Part shown: positions 63,345-64,000 of the stretch, in pieces
Numbering within the stretch: position 1 is the first letter of the stretch
Layout: each line of letters begins with the position of its first letter
DNA from: Candidatus Poribacteria bacterium
GTDB taxonomy: Bacteria > Poribacteria > WGA-4E > WGA-3G
Length of the DNA: 64,000 nt
NCBI GenBank assembly: GCA_965197475.1
Contig: CBDANF010000003.1
Span: 160,001-224,000 of the forward strand
Direction: 5' to 3'
Program-made: the position numbers and the translations under genes
Notes under the pieces: model-generated
The model's input: the letters and a program-made list of their open reading frames with translations, nothing else
The model's database searches: none
What the model was told of the DNA's origin: nothing

Positions 63345-63955
63345 CTAATCGAATCCGGAAAATTCTACATCAAAACGATTCTTAACACAGGATGGGGATA
63401 TATGTCCGTAACCCAGAATCTCAGCATCCCGTAGCGCATTAATTAACGTTTCTAACGGAAGTGTTAAGTTGTAGTCGCAACGCCTTCCTGGTCCTGGTGG
63501 TTCAGGTTGTCTACCTATCAGAAAATTCGACATGTTTTGTGGGTCAACAACCCCAGAAGAAAGTTTGGCAGCCCATTGTGTTGATAGAAAGGAAATTCTT
63601 TTCGGACATCAACATTAGCAGGATCCTGTAAACTTAGTGCTACTTCCTTGATCGGATCAAATAGTTTGAGATCTGTAGGTAAAGAATTGTCGATCTCTAT
63701 TTCGTAAACATAGCCTGGATTATTTCTTGTAGGTATTATGCCAGCAGTTCCACTCCACATTGCATAATGCCATGCTACTGCATAAGATCGGGTAAGAGAA
63801 ATATACGGACTGTTAAAAGTCCCTGCAGCAATGTGATCTATTAATGCTTCAGTCGTCTGCGTAGTTTCTGGTGACCTCGCCGCAAAACCTACTTGACGGG
63901 AGTCGTTGGCATGCCAATGCGTTCCAACTCCCGCCCCCTTATAGAATGTAGCCAT
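63345..63955 (-). CDS. Putative ADP-ribosyltransferase (pertussis/enterotoxin-like fold), frameshift at about 63552
   Basis: FYKG..GF..HI..SPYISLTRS..VA..YA..GYVYEI..RDAEIL; adding one G joins the two ORFs. Confidence 0.55.
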
Positions 63956-64000
63956 AAATGTTTAGACCTGAAAGGCATGGTAACAGGCAGCATCATGGAC

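Overview
Bacterial chromosomal window, about 43% GC by eye. Gene content (PhyH dioxygenase, many TPR proteins, Gfo/Idh/MocA, MtaA/CmuA, FGE-sulfatase, disA, kamA, guaB, Rieske/cyt b) suggests Candidatus Poribacteria; this is inference only. Housekeeping blocks alternate with accessory patches. The main signal is a recurring architecture: accessory cassettes are stacked directly behind an intact core gene, and each cassette ends in a truncated gene 5' stub joined to a leftover copy of that core gene's 3' end. No integrase is visible in the window. (1) Behind guaB (43306-44817) are four variable TPR-lipoprotein genes, each followed by a stub of a secreted protein and a guaB tail (46070-46150, 47592-47758, 49936-50016, 51462-51482). 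(2) Behind a phyH-like gene (10639-11442, minus) are defence/TA cassettes separated by phyH pieces (8514-8557, 7883-7956). The leftover pieces differ from the intact gene mostly at synonymous sites, so they look like displaced functional alleles rather than decayed duplicates. Also present: IS630, IS3, an internally deleted ISAs1, a MITE-like element, a TIR-TPR gene, a TM effector with a deleted ThsB-like TIR partner, an ADP-ribosyltransferase-like gene, and three membrane-anchored proteins sharing an unannotated C-terminal motif. Several frameshifts fall in homopolymer runs and may be assembly errors. All family calls come from motif recognition by eye; no database search was run.
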